A stretch of DNA of 64,000 nucleotides from the human T2T-CHM13v2.0 reference genome, Homo sapiens, in NCBI RefSeq assembly GCF_009914755.1, contig NC_060930.1; one strand, written 5' to 3'. A model generated the notes under the pieces. It was given only the letters and a program-made list of their open reading frames with translations. It was not told the origin of the DNA and did not search any database. This document shows, in pieces, positions 27,518 through 41,629 of this stretch. The position numbers were made by a program, and so were the translations under genes. The number at the start of each line of letters is the position of its first letter. Within the stretch, counting starts at the first letter, position 1.

Positions 27518-29237
27518 TTAATGCCCTTTGTTTCGGTAAGCATTTTTGGCATCTCTCAAACTATAGTTATTCAGGTACCACCTTCAACAATTTTTGCCAT
27601 ATCCATTTACTTTTTTTTTACTTTTAAATTTAAATATATTTTAAACAGGAGTTTTGCATATCTGTAGAAATCTCAGGTTTGATGTGGTATAGTTTTTCAT
27701 AATGCACATTAAAATAAGTACGTAAAATTAACGTAAAGCCTGTCCATTTTTGGTCCACCTAAAATTATCTTGAAACACTCTTTTCATTTAATTTTGGCTC
27801 TTCTCTTTGTACAATGAGCACACACAATGTCTAGAGTGGAAGGTCAAAGAGAAAACTCAATGACTGGAAATAGAGATTTTTCAGTGAAATTTTCTAGACA
27901 GATTTAAAATGATGGGTGGGTATTACTTCCTCTTTTAGGTTATCAGCCTAAAACAAGTTTGGTTTAGATTTTAGTTAGATTTAATTTCTTTTCTTTTTAA
28001 ACTAGTGGATAGTTTTTAGGCTACATAAGTTTCTAGGCTTCATACGTGTTTTCTCCCATTAGTTTCCTAGAGGGACTTTTTTTCTGGAAAGTTCCACACT
28101 TTCCTTGGCTTCAAATAAGGGGGAACAAAGTTTCTCCATGCTTATTTTATTGATGAGGTCTGCTCTACCAACAGCTAAGCCCAGGGATTTGGTTCAGCAC
28201 AGCCAGCATGCTGCCTTTTAAAAGCCAGATTCAGTGCTAAGCTCCATGATACATAGAGGAAGAAGGTTCTCACCTTCTGTGAGGCATTGCATGTAAACAA
28301 CCGAAACAGTCCGGTGTGATATAGGTATGTGCCAGATACAAGAGAGATCAACTCTTTGGGTGAATCAACAAAAGCCTTAATAGCTGGGAGAGCACTGGGG
28401 GCTGAGCACACTGAGTGGGGCATGGGGAAGGTAGTACACCATTTGTGGTATTGAGAATGCCACGGTTCTTTCTCCTCAGTCTTCATAGATGATTGTTCTG
28501 CAGAATCTCTATGGGTTCTGCATTGGCTAACGTGGTGTTCTGACGGAAATTAATATTTTAAATGTACAGTAATGCACAACCTTGCTGCTCTGACTCCCTT
28601 GCACGAATTCAAAGTAATAGCTAGAGAACCTTCAATAACAGTTGGCATGTTGAGATGGCATCCTTCCCAAAACAACATCTTAATGAGGTTCTATGCTTCA
28701 GGATCAGCTTTTCTGGTTTAAATATATTCAGACATATCCTACGTAACTGGAAGCAATGTGGCAGAAGTGGCAGGGGTCACATTGTGAGTTTTGCTGAGTT
28801 AGGCATGTAGGCCCCACAGTGTGAGGGACTCTTCGGAGCAGTCCTGAATATACAGTGATTCTGTGCCTGGGTGGGAGTGTGGTTGCATAGGGGAGGACAA
28901 AGAACATGATGAATTAACCTTACCCACGTTTGGGGAAGTTTGTACAGAATGTGAGATGGAAAAATTCTAGTTTCCATGTATTAATGCCTTCTTACCCATA
29001 TGCTCATAGCTGGAGCCACTCCCCTATCCACCTGAGCTCCCACACATTCAAAAGCTGGTAGTTGAGGGATCTTTCACTGCATGTACGTTGGGTGTGTGTA
29101 TGGGGGTTCAGTTAAAGGAGAAAGTGTCTAAAACCCCCACAATGCTGATTGCATTGATGAGAGCATTCAGACTTAGACTTTTAGGGACTTAATATATACA
29201 GGATTTTTTTTTAATCGTTAGCGGTATATTATTCTCT

Positions 29238-29543
29238 TTCTTTCTTTTTTTTTTTTTTTTTTTGAGATAGAGTTTCTCTCTGTCACCCAGCCTGGAGTGC
29301 AGTGGTGGATCTTGGCTCACTGCAACCTCCGCCTCCCAGGTTCAAGCGATTCCTGCCTCAACCTCCCGAGTAGATGGGAATACAGGCACCCCCCACCACA
29401 CCTGGCTAATTTTTGTATTTTTAGTAGAGATGGGGTTTCGCCATTTTGGCCAGGATGGTCTTCAACTCCTGACCTCAAGGGGCCCGCCCGCCTCCGCCTC
29501 CCAAAGTCCTGGGATTACAGGCATGAGCCACCGTGCCTGGCCG
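29238..29543 (-). mobile_element. AluS SINE
   Basis: Reverse Alu; TSD ggtatatt(a/g)ttctct. Confidence 0.93.
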
Positions 29544-31233
29544 GTATATTGTTCTCTAAATGGAGCAAGGAATAAGCCCCTGGGGGGACTGAGCATTACC
29601 TCAGACCCAGCCATTTCTGTGTGCTGCCAGAGACCACACCCCTCCTCAGGCATAACCACAGAAGACTATTTCTTTTGGCTGGGTCTCTGACCTTGAAGGA
29701 TCCAGCCTGCCAGCTGCCTTGAGACTTTGGGTGCTAGACATAATACTGGCAGAGTCCAAGAGTTATTTCTATTTCATATGTTTTATTTAGTATGGCTATA
29801 TTAATTTTTTATTCATCAGAAGTTCTGCTGTTGAAATAAATGTAAAATGTTTTACAAAACCAAAACCACTGCCATCGAGTTTCATATATAGGTAGAAATA
29901 TAAAAAACTCCAGAATAAGGTAGCACCCTCAAATGATGTCTCATTGCCTTTTTCTTGGAAACACACACAGCAAGTTGAAAATGTGGATTGATCTGCCATA
30001 TCTGTTAAATTATTAGTTTTTCTTCTTCTAAATATGATGAGGCAGTTTTTCCTTGGAAAAACAGTTTGTGTTCAGCTTGGGAGGTTGATTTTCCACCATC
30101 AGTTTCTCCCTTTAATAATTGAAAACCACTGTTCGTTATTTACATAAAACTGTCTTTTTCTGGTCTGCTTTCTATAACCTTTCCCCTCTTAAGAATTTTA
30201 AGAATTCCCTGACTTTCCTCTGAGGGATTTTCTGCCTGCTTTATCCCAGATGTGGGACATTGACTAGGCTGAGGTTTTGGGGATTTTATTTTATTTTTTT
30301 TAGTGTTTCTACATTTGAAAGATGTTCTTTTAACCAGTGCACAAATCTGCCACTGAAAAAAGGGGCTTTGAAGAAAAATCAAGTAGTTAAGAAAATATGT
30401 GAACTTTGTTTACATTTCTCACTTACTGAATGACACCAAAATCCCATATGCCAAATGAAAAAGTAGACAGTAGTTTCAGATAATAAGGGGAAAATGCACC
30501 CGTGTTATTTCAGCCTTTTAATTCTGGGATTTTATTCTCTGAATGAAGGCATGTCAGTTTCTGGTCCCAGTGGCACTGTGTTTGGTCTTCACTACATGCT
30601 TGCTGATGTCAGCCCAGGAAATACACGGGCTTGGCAGATGTTTACATGGCCTTTGTCTTCTCTCTTTCCACCTTCTGCTCACATAAAGAGGATATTTAAC
30701 CTTATTCATAATATTTTGTCTGCTTACAGATGTATTGATCCTAATCCCTGGTTCAGAAATGTTAGGAAAAGGAGATAAGTTACAGTGAAAGAGGCTGTAG
30801 TAAGAAATACAGGATTTTCTGGTTTTTTGTAATGTCTACTCAGATTCCCAGATGATTGTTCATTACCAGCTTTTGGTTATTGTGGTTTATGTATTAATGT
30901 CTAAAAAAATATACCATGTGATGTTTTTTGCATGATACTATGTGAGAAGAATACCAAGAATAATTTTTTCCTTACTTGAACAAATATTATACATTTTCCC
31001 TAAGTCCAAAATTCTGTTTTCCATAATGAATACAATTCTGATGTAGTATGTTTAACTCTATAAAATCAGAACTTTAGTAATTTTCTTCCTAATTAAATTT
31101 TTTTGTTGTATTTTTAAAAATCTAAATTCATAAGCTTTATTTTCACATATGGTTTCTACCTCTTATATGTTTCCACACCTGTGCCATGTTCCCTTGGCTG
31201 ACAGACACTTTTTTTCCTTTTTATCTCACGTAG

Positions 31234-31286
31234 GATCTTTCGAAGATGGTTTGGCTGCCTTGGAGATTTGGAGATCTGATGCCACG
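31234..31286 (+). other. DSE: 5'UTR portion (53 nt) of DSE exon 2
   Basis: Polypyrimidine tract plus acceptor (tttttttcctttttatctcacgtag|GATC) ending at 31233. Confidence 0.9.
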
Positions 31287-31290
31287 ATGA
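31246..31290 (+). promoter_or_regulatory. uORF2 ([14 protein letters not shown]), stop overlaps the DSE start codon
   Basis: aagATGG at 31246, second in-frame ATG at 31279, TGA 31288-31290 within ATGA. Confidence 0.65.
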
Positions 31291-31702
31291 GGACTCACAC
31301 ACGGGGGGCTCCCAGTGTGTTTTTCATATATTTGCTTTGCTTTGTGTCAGCCTACATCACCGACGAGAACCCAGAAGTTATGATTCCCTTCACCAATGCC
31401 AACTACGACAGCCATCCCATGCTGTACTTCTCCAGGGCAGAAGTGGCGGAGCTGCAGCTCAGGGCTGCCAGCTCGCACGAGCACATTGCAGCCCGCCTCA
31501 CGGAGGCTGTGCACACGATGCTGTCCAGCCCCTTGGAATACCTCCCTCCCTGGGATCCCAAGGACTACAGTGCCCGCTGGAATGAAATTTTTGGAAACAA
31601 CTTGGGTGCCTTGGCAATGTTCTGTGTGCTGTATCCTGAGAACATTGAAGCCCGAGACATGGCCAAAGACTACATGGAGAGGATGGCAGCGCAGCCTAGT
31701 TG
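31287..31702 (+). CDS. DSE: DSE exon 2 coding part (codons 1-139): signal peptide and N-terminal domain of dermatan sulfate epimerase 1
   Basis: gccacgATG start; [31 protein letters not shown]... is the recognisable DSE N-terminus; donor TG|gtagat, phase 2. Confidence 0.97.
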
Positions 31703-34329
31703 GTAGATTTTTGTCTTGTTCTTCTTACTGTGGTAACTCTGCATTAGAAAGAAACAAATCCATATGACATCTCAGTGGCCAGATCTTCATGTACCTCTTT
31801 GTGTATGTGTGTGGGGGGAGGTGTTATTTGTTATTTGTGTTGCCAGTCTTATGAATGGCCCTTAGTTTCAAAAGATGTAGTAACTTCCATGTTTAAAGTT
31901 AGAAGGAAAATATTTAGATGCAGCCTAATCTAAAGAAAAAATAATTTGCTGAATTGAGTAAAGAGTATCATCGTGATTGCTGAGAATTCTTTCTTCCATA
32001 TTCAGCATGTATATATTACTATCATCTGGTGTTAGGTTTGATTGATCCCAAGTAGTTAAAACATTTTGCAGCAAGACATTTCAAGTAATTAAGACTTACT
32101 TGCATTTTATGATCGTAAGGAACTAAATGTGAATGGGATGGGACTGACTGGCAATTTATAAACACATCCCCTCCAATAACCAGCAGATTTCTGAGACCTG
32201 TAGGAAAACCAACATTATTGTGTAATTGTGTGAGGAATTCTAATTACATAATAATTTAGTTTCGAAGTTTAAGATTTGAGAGCAAATTCCTGTCTTTTCG
32301 ATTAGCTTAAATTTATTTGATTAATTTATAATTAATGCTTCATATGCTTCCAAACAGATATGGGATGAGTTGATTAAACAAGGGATTCTACAGATGTTTT
32401 TACTCATGCAATTTTTAAATACACATTTATGGTTCAATTGCAATAAAAGAATTTACAGATTGATGAAATTTTTTTAAAAAATTACATAAGCTGCCTCTTG
32501 TCATAGGGCTAGAGAGAGCTCATTTTAAGTGCTTAGAAAAAAATCAGTGAATGCACCTAATGCTATGATGAATTACATCTTAACATATCACAGGGGTGAA
32601 GGATGGTGGTTTGCAAGCTTTCCGATAAATTTCTGGAATTTTGTAATGAAAAGTATTATGCAAGAGTTGGCATTAAATCCATATCAGAGCTGATATTTTA
32701 GGCCTGTTGCTAAGTACATGTAGTCATTTTGAAGTTTATAATATTGTAGGTTGAAAAGAATTTTTTATTTGATTTATTTCAAAGCTTAGCCATGTATGTA
32801 GTTGTTTCTGACTTTGACTGACATTAACTGATCTTATTCTATTCTTGACACCAAGAAAGAAAAGATGTATGAAAACTTATCTGATATTTGAATTACCAGA
32901 TTACATTATCAAATGCTACAGTAACTCACTGATTGATTTGTTCAATTAGTTTAAAATAGCAACCATATTTACATTATTTAGAAAGAAACCTTTGTCATCT
33001 AGAAGGGTACTTTAAAGTCCTTTTTGTTTTAGATAAGTAGATTTTGGCAAATTAAGAAATTGATGTAAATGTTCCAGAGATAGAGCCTGTAGAGAACCGT
33101 GTATTTAATCTCACAAGAAAGTAATGGACTGTGAAATACCATTTTTGATGGAGATTGTTTAGCACAATACAGTAACATGAGAATTGTACAAGACTAGTAC
33201 AGTTTTCTCATTATAATGTAAAATATTTGGGTATATAAATACCAATGAATGAATGCTGCCATTAGGATGAGACTCCTTCTATGAAAAGAGAAATAAATAA
33301 CTTGAAAGAAATATTATAATTTTTACATAGTTTCCACAAGTCCAGATTTATTGATCACTGGAGGTGTATAGAAACTTACTAGGGGTCTAGTACTTTATTC
33401 ATGGCAATATTGATAGAAATAGGTATAACTCTAGGCCATTATCTAGTAAACTAAAAGCCAATTTTTGACTTAATAGAGCTGAACAGTTGACTTCTTTCTC
33501 TTGACCTTCAAGGTAAAATCTTGAGAATTTACCTTTACATCTGGTTTCTAGTTGCAAAAGTGAACTTGGCTTAGAAAGTTGAGCTACTTGAACATTTTGT
33601 TTTGGCAGGTACTATTATTAAGTTGTGTTGTTTAATAACTTCACAGAAATTTTAACTTCTTAAAAACTACCACACCCAACCCTTAGACTTTTAAACTTTC
33701 ATTTAGATTTGTGGTTGAACACAATTACAACACAATTATGTGCTGTAATAATTTAAAACAATGTTCAGTGATTTTACAGTTCAACTACCTCTGTTTCAAT
33801 TGCTCCATTAAATCATATTCTCACTATGTACCAAGAAGTACACAATGAGTATTGTCATTGACTTAGGATATAATTCACCTATATTTGATTTCAGAAAAAA
33901 CAAAAACAAAAAACTAGCTGTTACTTACAAAAGAGATCAATAATTGATATTATGAAAGTAAAAAAAAAAAAAACTTTCTACAATAGCTTCATCAGGCTGA
34001 ATGCATTTTCCATTTTCTTTGAAGAGCATTTTTACTCTTTTGAAAGCCAGTTACTAAGTTATGTTCATTCACTGATTCATTTGATCAACAAACGTTTATT
34101 GAGCATCTACTGTGTATCATGCACTGTGCTAGGGTGCTGGGGATTCAAAGTTGAAGAAATAGCCCAGTAATTTTATAATTTTTACCTATGGCAAAGGGTA
34201 CAAACATTGGGTTCTTAAAGCCTAAGCTAAGGATATTTTCTCTGCTCAGAATTGAGTGTGTGGATCATTTCATAAGGAGTTTCCTTAGTTTTCATTCATG
34301 ACTTAAACATTTGTATCATGCTGCACCCT

Positions 34330-34590
34330 AGTGTGGTAGAAAAGCACCAACTCTGGAGTCACACTGCCTTTGAATCCCAGCTCCCTCACTCTTCAGCTAT
34401 GTTAATTTTCTTAATTAACTTTCCAGATTAATTTTCTTAATTTGCGTGAGCATTAGTGTCCTGATGTATAATGTGGCAGTAACAACCCTATCTACCTTAT
34501 AGGGTTGCTAGGAAGATTAAGTGCAATAATCAATGTAAAGTACTTAGCACAGTTCTTGTCTCATAGTAAGCCCTCAGTAAATGAGAATAA
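34330..34590 (+). mobile_element. MIR SINE
   Basis: tttgaatcccagctc...cttagcacagttct...ctcagtaaatg. Confidence 0.65.
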
Positions 34591-35690
34591 TGACAATAAT
34601 GGTAATTATTGATGCTGTTCTTTTACCTACCTAGTAATTAGACCCTGTTTGGTTTATAATTTGGTATATGTAGGCTCCAAGGAAATAGTATCCATTTAGG
34701 ATTTTACTAATCTTAATTGCTCTCAAAACTAGAACATCTGTTTAACTCATAAAATTTTCCCCTTGGCTTTTTCCATTAAAACGTTCATTGATGCTCCCCT
34801 GGGCCCTTTTTAAAATGTATACAAGAATCTAATGTTAACACCAATGAAGAAGGTTTAGTGGAAAGTAACAATGATGTGTCATTTGTCTGGTATTAAAAAG
34901 AAGTGCCTATGAGATATACATGCATACAAATTTATTAATGGGGTTCATTTCATTTGAATAGTAAATAAAGAGGTTAAAGTTCACCTCTATAGATTCACTT
35001 AAGAATTCTGAAGCAGAAACGTTAAAGGGAAAATATTCAATTGTACTCTGTCCATCTAATAGCCTACAAAGTAGAACGGGAATCTCATAGATTTATAATT
35101 ATAATGGTGATTGAAAAATAACAGCATGCATTTTTATTGTGTGTGTCTCTGAGTATCCAGACGATTGGGCACCGCAGAATGATGAGACTAATCTATATGC
35201 TTTATCTACTTTTTCAGAGGTGCTCGCATCCTATCTCAGAAGCTCTCCCCGGTTTCTCTCCCTTTTGCTAAGGAACACACATTCTTCATTACAGTAAAAG
35301 TAACAGAGTAATTTGAGCTTGTGCTGAACTTAGTTTTAAAAGTAAAATTAAAAAGGTATTATTTTAATCCAATATATAATGGCAAAATATTCTTTATTAA
35401 AAATTACAATGGCAAAGATATCAGCAATAATAATTTTAATTTAATAAATTTTATTAAATTAATAAAATTTAATAATTTTAATTTAATAAAAAATATCAGC
35501 AATAAAGTTCTACTGTAACTTTTCCCCTAGAAGATTAAGGAAGCATAAAATATTGTGCTTCAAATTAGAAGTAGCTGAGAAAGAAAAGAGGGGGGAAAGA
35601 CTGGAGACATTGACTGGACAAGGAATGTGACAGTTGCTAAAAGGCATCTAAAACGCACCATGAGTGGGCCACAGGTGGACACTGAGGGGT

Positions 35691-35712
35691 TTGGTTGGTT
35701 GGTTGGTTGGTT
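35691..35712. repeat. (TTGG)5 tetranucleotide repeat
   Basis: Direct reading. Confidence 0.9.
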
Positions 35713-36529
35713 TTCGTAGCAAAGAAAGTAGGCTTAGTCAATATTGAAGTTTACAGTGACTATGGGATCAGTTACTCTGTAGAACTGACTACTCTCTTGG
35801 CCCAAGGATCAGAAGGAAGTTTCCCATAGGGCTTTTATGAAGAACCCTCGCAGCCTTCTCATCCTTGCAGTGTACGTATGATGAATTGCACAGTGTTATT
35901 TCTTTACACCAGACTGACCTGAGAGCGGGACCATGCCTGTTTTGCTCATATGTGTATCCCTCGATGGAGGATCTCCAAAGCAAAGTTTACTAAAACCTTG
36001 ATCAGGGAGGGAGTGGGGGTGGTGAAAAGGATGGATATATGGGGTAGCCCAGGCTACTTTTTTCCTAATCTAGCTTAATCCTTTGGTAGAATTTTGCATG
36101 TGTAGAAAAATGAAATGACTGCCTGTCCACCAGGCAGCCTCCCTATACCTTATGAATCTTAGCCAAGCTCTTGGTAGATGGGTTGCTATGAGCTTAACAT
36201 TACACTCCTCAGCAAATTCTTAGTGATTTTCCGGAGCTAAAAACAAACAAACAAAATGTACTCAAATAATTATTGGAAAACATTACAGATCCTGAATCAC
36301 TTAAGAAAGGTGCAGTTAAGTTTACCATATTTCACTTAATAATATGGGAAGATGAATGCATTTAAAAGAGGTTTAGGATAGGATTGTAACTGAGATCACT
36401 TATTGTTCAAGCCCTGGTTGATAACATAGAATTATACAGCATCCATTTCCAAGCAGCAGGCTTTTCATGGCTCCTTGTCTTAATTTGTAAACCCTGAGGA
36501 ACAGGTCTGGCCCAGTGGTCTTTGGATCT

Positions 36530-36710
36530 GTCCTTGCATCTTGGCTCTGCCATTGTGTTAGCCACATGTCCTTTGACAGGTTCCTTACACTCTGTAAACT
36601 TGGTTCTTCATCTGTAAAATATGGGTTATTCCTCCCACACAAGGTCATCCCAAGGATTGAATGAAGTAATGCATATAAAGCTCTTAGCATTATGTGCCTG
36701 GCACATAGTT
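36530..36710 (+). mobile_element. MIR SINE
   Basis: ttcttcatctgtaaaatatggg...gtgcctggcacatagt. Confidence 0.65.
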
Positions 36711-39700
36711 TTACTAAAAAGTTTGTTATTATTACACAGGAATAGTTACGAATATATAACTTTATTCTCGCTAGGTTTCTTGGTACACAGTACTCCATTT
36801 TAGCTATGTTGTCACTCTGGAGTTGTGTTTTTGAAAAGTATTTGTTGTGACTCTTTAGTTCTCTCTTTATAGTATTTTTCCTTACTTATCATCAGACAGA
36901 AAATAAATCACAGAGGAAAGAAATTACTTCACTCTTGCATTGGAGCCAGTTAGCTACAGGAAATCAGGAGAACTGGTGAGGGAAACAAAGAAAGTTGAAC
37001 TTTTGGACAGAGAAGTAATTGTGTTTTGTTTTTTTTTTTGCAACAGACTGAGTATTAAATTCTTGCCTGTGATTGCAAACTTCTGGATGGTGTCATCCGA
37101 GGGTGTATTTGCAAAAATAAAATATAATTATAAAATATAAAGAGAGAAAAAAGGTCTCTAGCATATTGAAATGAACCAGTTTCATTGCTGTACGTATGAA
37201 AATGAGGAGTGTGCCTGCCTTGCTCAGCATTGCCTGCTGGGCTTCAAATGCAGTTCTCTGCAGCTGTTTCTCGGGTTTTTCACTTCTCAAAATTGCAAGT
37301 TAAAACTGAAAATCAAAAGCCGGGAGAATGTAGCTGGGCCTCAAACATGTGGAGCCACAGCCCTGTGAGTAAAAAGATCAGGTTTTCTTCTCATGACCTT
37401 ACAGTGAGGAAGGCTGGGCGGCTTAGCCCAGAATGCACCTGGAATCCATTAAAGTGGACTCATGGAGACAAATGCTGGGCTGTCAGAAAACCCAGCCTCT
37501 AATTCCCCTGGCTTTTTCTCATTCATGTTTTTCCCTTTCTCTTACCCTTCCCCCTCACTCTTTCTGCCTCTCTTTTTCTCTGTTCTTTTCATTCTGTGAC
37601 CTAAGGGAAGCTATTCCCTTTTATGCTGCTGCAGAGACTTAAAAATACTATAGAAGGGTAAAATAACTTATGAGGCTTTTTACAACGATCAAATTATTTA
37701 AAATTTACAGAAACACACAGCCATTGGGAATTCACTTCTTGAATGCCGTTTATTAAGCAGGTTGTTGCCATCAGTGTTACAAATGGATTCTTGGGCAGGA
37801 ATCAAGGTCAGGTGCCCTGTGGTGGGAGGAAGCAGATGAAGAGGACCCGAGGGAGAGGCATAGGCAGGTGTACAGATTAGTTGAGCAGCCCAGTTACAGT
37901 GCCATTGGACAGTTGTGTGGTGCACAGTCACACCCTAAATAGGATGTTCTGCTCACCTAAATTGTTAGGACTCAACTAATTTAAACTCTTCCCCATCTAT
38001 TTCAAATGCAGGTGAAGATAAAGTTACTCTAATAATGCTTCTTTCTAACAATAACTTTAAAAATGTTATGACAGTTATAAATCATACATGATTGAAAGGA
38101 AATCCGAAGTTAATTTTCTTTGTAAGATATGTTTATTGACTCTAAGATTCAGTATTGGTATGACCCTCAAGTCATCTCTGCGATGGGTGACTCACTTGCT
38201 CGCCTACCTCCCGCCCTTTCAGTGTCATTTGATACCTTTTTAAATGCAACATGGGCGGGCTTTCAGAGTTGTCAGAGGGAACTGTGCTCAAGGCCAGAGG
38301 AGTTCTCGTCCCTCTTTAATTGGGGTATAAATCAGTGCCCCTCACCCCATATGAACAAAGGCAACATGAATATATTAAGTTTCATGTAGTCTTTACAATC
38401 TGGGTCTTAAATTTTTCTAACATAAAAATCTGGCAAGCATGATGTTTGAATTTTGTGGATGTCTTGCCTCATTATCATAAGGGAAAATGTTAGTTGGCAA
38501 GTGCCGCATGTATGTCTGTATTCTCTTTCATTGATACTTCATAATCACTTTTTAAAAGTTGGCTTTATTTTTTGGATGAAATATTCACGCCTAACACCAC
38601 TTAAGATGTAGGGTCTTGCTGACATTAAGTTCATGCTAATGATAACTTGAGAGTAATAATGACATGAGTATGTTCATGGAGTCCTTTATAAAGCTGGGTA
38701 GTTCCTTTTACCTTAGGTATCTTAAGAATGGCTTTTTTACTTCTTTGTCTCCTTCTGCCATGTCCATTAAGGGAACACATTTCAGTCATGCTTACCACAG
38801 TCTCTCTCATCCATCTTTCCTTTTCCTTTCCAGTGTCAACATGCGAGTTCTGGACAGCACAGGAGGAGATACCATAGTCGGGGGCCAGATCATTGCTTAT
38901 CCCACATAAGCCTGTGGTTTAGAAAGCTTTCTGTTTAGGATGGCTTGGAAGGAATGACTCAGGAAAAAAGAAACGGTTAGAAGCTTATAATATTAGTGTA
39001 GGAGGGAAATGAAGACCACAGTTAAAACAGTGAGGGTGGGGAGAAGAAAGTATAAATTTAAGAGACATATAAGACTGAAAATCTACACAGAGATTGATCA
39101 GATATAGGACACTCTTTCTTAAAGTGTGAGTCTTTCACCATATTGGGTATCCTTAAAAAGACAGATTCCTGGGTTTCGCCCAGACTCACTGAATCATATC
39201 TTCTTGGAGTAGGCCACAGAACCTGCATTTTTAACAAGTCCTCTATATGATTCTTAGATGTACTAAAACTTAAATTGTAAGGGAGAAGGAGGCATAAATG
39301 ATGGCCCTGGGTGACTGGTTGCATATTGATACTCAAATGAGATGGAGAATATGGGGAGGAGAGAGTGGTTTGTGGGAGAGAAAAGATGGTTCACTTTTTT
39401 ACATGTCTTTTTGTGTCACTCTATTTCTTCTATCTACTTTATTTGTCTCACTTTGTTGATACTGCCAACTGTATGGACAGATGACTTTCAAAGTTCTCTG
39501 TCCCTATTACATTGCAAGGGCTCATAGATACCCTTAGCAGGTATCTTGGTGTATAGTTATTACTATAACTTTTAGGACCTCTTGGCCATATCTGCTCATT
39601 CTTACAAATTCACTGTCTTCCACTTCTTCTTGTTCTGTGGCTTCACTGCTGCTACTATGCTCATTATTTACCCATAGTCATTTTTCTCTTCCCTCCCCTT

Positions 39701-41304
39701 GCTCTGTTCTTCACTCTTGCCACTCTACGAATGCATTTTGCTATTGGTGATTCTGTCATTTTTGAATGTAAGTGAGCTCTTCAGGAAAAAGTACCTTTGA
39801 TAAATAAAAAAGATCAATCTATTTTCACCCATCCAGAGCTTAGAGATTTTTTACATTTTTTTCTAGAATTTTGTGATTTTTATTGTTTTAAAGCTTTTCA
39901 CTGATAGGTATTTATGTGTGGTCTTCCCAGTGGTCCAGTTGGACCATGTGGCACTGGTATTTTCAACTCTGCCTTCAGTTTGGGCAGTAATGAGTTTGCA
40001 GATCAGCCCTGAGCTGGCCTTTCTGCCTACAGACTGATTTATACCTTGTCTTCCACCTTTCTCTCCAACCCTATCCAGACTGTATGATCCACCTTAACTT
40101 CTTCCACCATTACATGTTCTCTAGCCCCTCATCCAACCCAATTCCTATAGTTACTTTTTATTTAATTCATTGGTTTGCAGTCATAACTGGGTTGCCTGGT
40201 TTTCTGACCAGGTGTGTACATCTTCTAGATTCGGCTCCAAAGAAACTTCTTTCTAGAAAATTTCCAGATTCCATCTTCTATACCCACCCTCCAGTGTGAT
40301 TCATATGTTCCAAGGAACCCATGCAAAACTGTTATAGGTTGTTTTGCCTGCACTGCAATTCTTGGTTTATTTGTCTCCTCTACTGGCACATAAGCTTATT
40401 GAGGGTAGCCCCAGCATTTTTCGGGGTTCTAAGAGCCACATATGGTATACCTGCCACAAAGACACTAATTAATTATATTGAATGAATGGATGGATGAATG
40501 AATGAATAATCTGTCTTATTTTTATTGAGAGTCTAAGCTTACTGAGAGCAGAAGTCCTGGATCTGTATACAACTTTGAAACTGATTTGGTGCCCTGCGTA
40601 CTGTGGCTGCTCCTACTTATCTGGTCTCACTTTCACTCTGAAGACGTGCCTGCCATCAGCCGTTTGTCTGTCAGCCTGTAATCACAGAGACACTGTACCT
40701 TTGACGTACTTGGAGGCCAGTAGGAAGAATGTCAGGATTTGACATCTTGGTGCATAGCTCAGCAGAGAATCTCAGATTACCTGGTCTTTGAAGTATTCCT
40801 CCTGCACCTGGCCTTCTCTCCTCCCTGATCCCTTGAATTTTGGTGTTCATCTTCTTACATGCATGTAATGTCCATGTGTGCTCCTTATCAGGTAACTACA
40901 ACAGAGTTTTGTTTTTATTCACTTTAAAGCCACCTGCTTCAGTCTTTGAAATGAATGGCGGTGCTGTTAAGCAAGGGGAGGCGATAGTTTGTTGGAATTA
41001 AGAGCAAGGACTGTGGAGCCAGTCTGCCAGTGTTCCAATTACATTTATGAGCTGTGTGACCTTGAGAATGTTACTTGACTTCTCTGTGGCTCAGTTTCCT
41101 CATTTGTAATTTGGGGATATATATGATATATACTTCATACTATGAAGGATTAGTTAATGAAACAGTACATAGCATAATGTGTTAACTATTATTGTTATCT
41201 TTATTACTTCACTTATATTTTGTGTTCTTATAAATTGATGCCAAAGGCAATTTTCATTTATCGATAAATGTATGCACATATTCACTTTATATAAGTTTAC
41301 TGTA

Positions 41305-41615
41305 TTTGTTTTTTTGTTTTTTTGTTTTTTGGAGACAGAGTCTCGCTCTGTCGCCCAGGCTGGAGTGCAGTGGTGTGATCTTGGCTCACTGCAAGCTCCG
41401 CCTCCTGGGTTCATGCCATTCTCCTGCCTCAGCCTCCCGAGTAGGCTCGGACTACAGGTGCCCACCACCACGCCTGGCTAATTTTTTGTATTTTTTTAGT
41501 AGAGACGGGGTTTCACCATGTTAGCCAGGATGGTCTCGATCTCCTGACCTCATGATCCGCCCACCTTGGCCTCCCAAAGTGCTGGGATTACAGGCGTGAG
41601 CCAACACGCCCGGCC
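41305..41615 (-). mobile_element. AluY/Sc SINE
   Basis: Reverse Alu; TSD tataagttta(c/t)tgtat. Confidence 0.93.
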
Positions 41616-41629
41616 AATATAAGTTTATT

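Noticed and set aside
28192-28212. ttcagcac half of a REST/NRSE motif
   Set aside because: Second half (GGACAG) absent
31149-31233. ORF-track N-terminal extension MVSTSYMF... of DSE exon 2
   Set aside because: Reads through the polypyrimidine tract and acceptor; intronic
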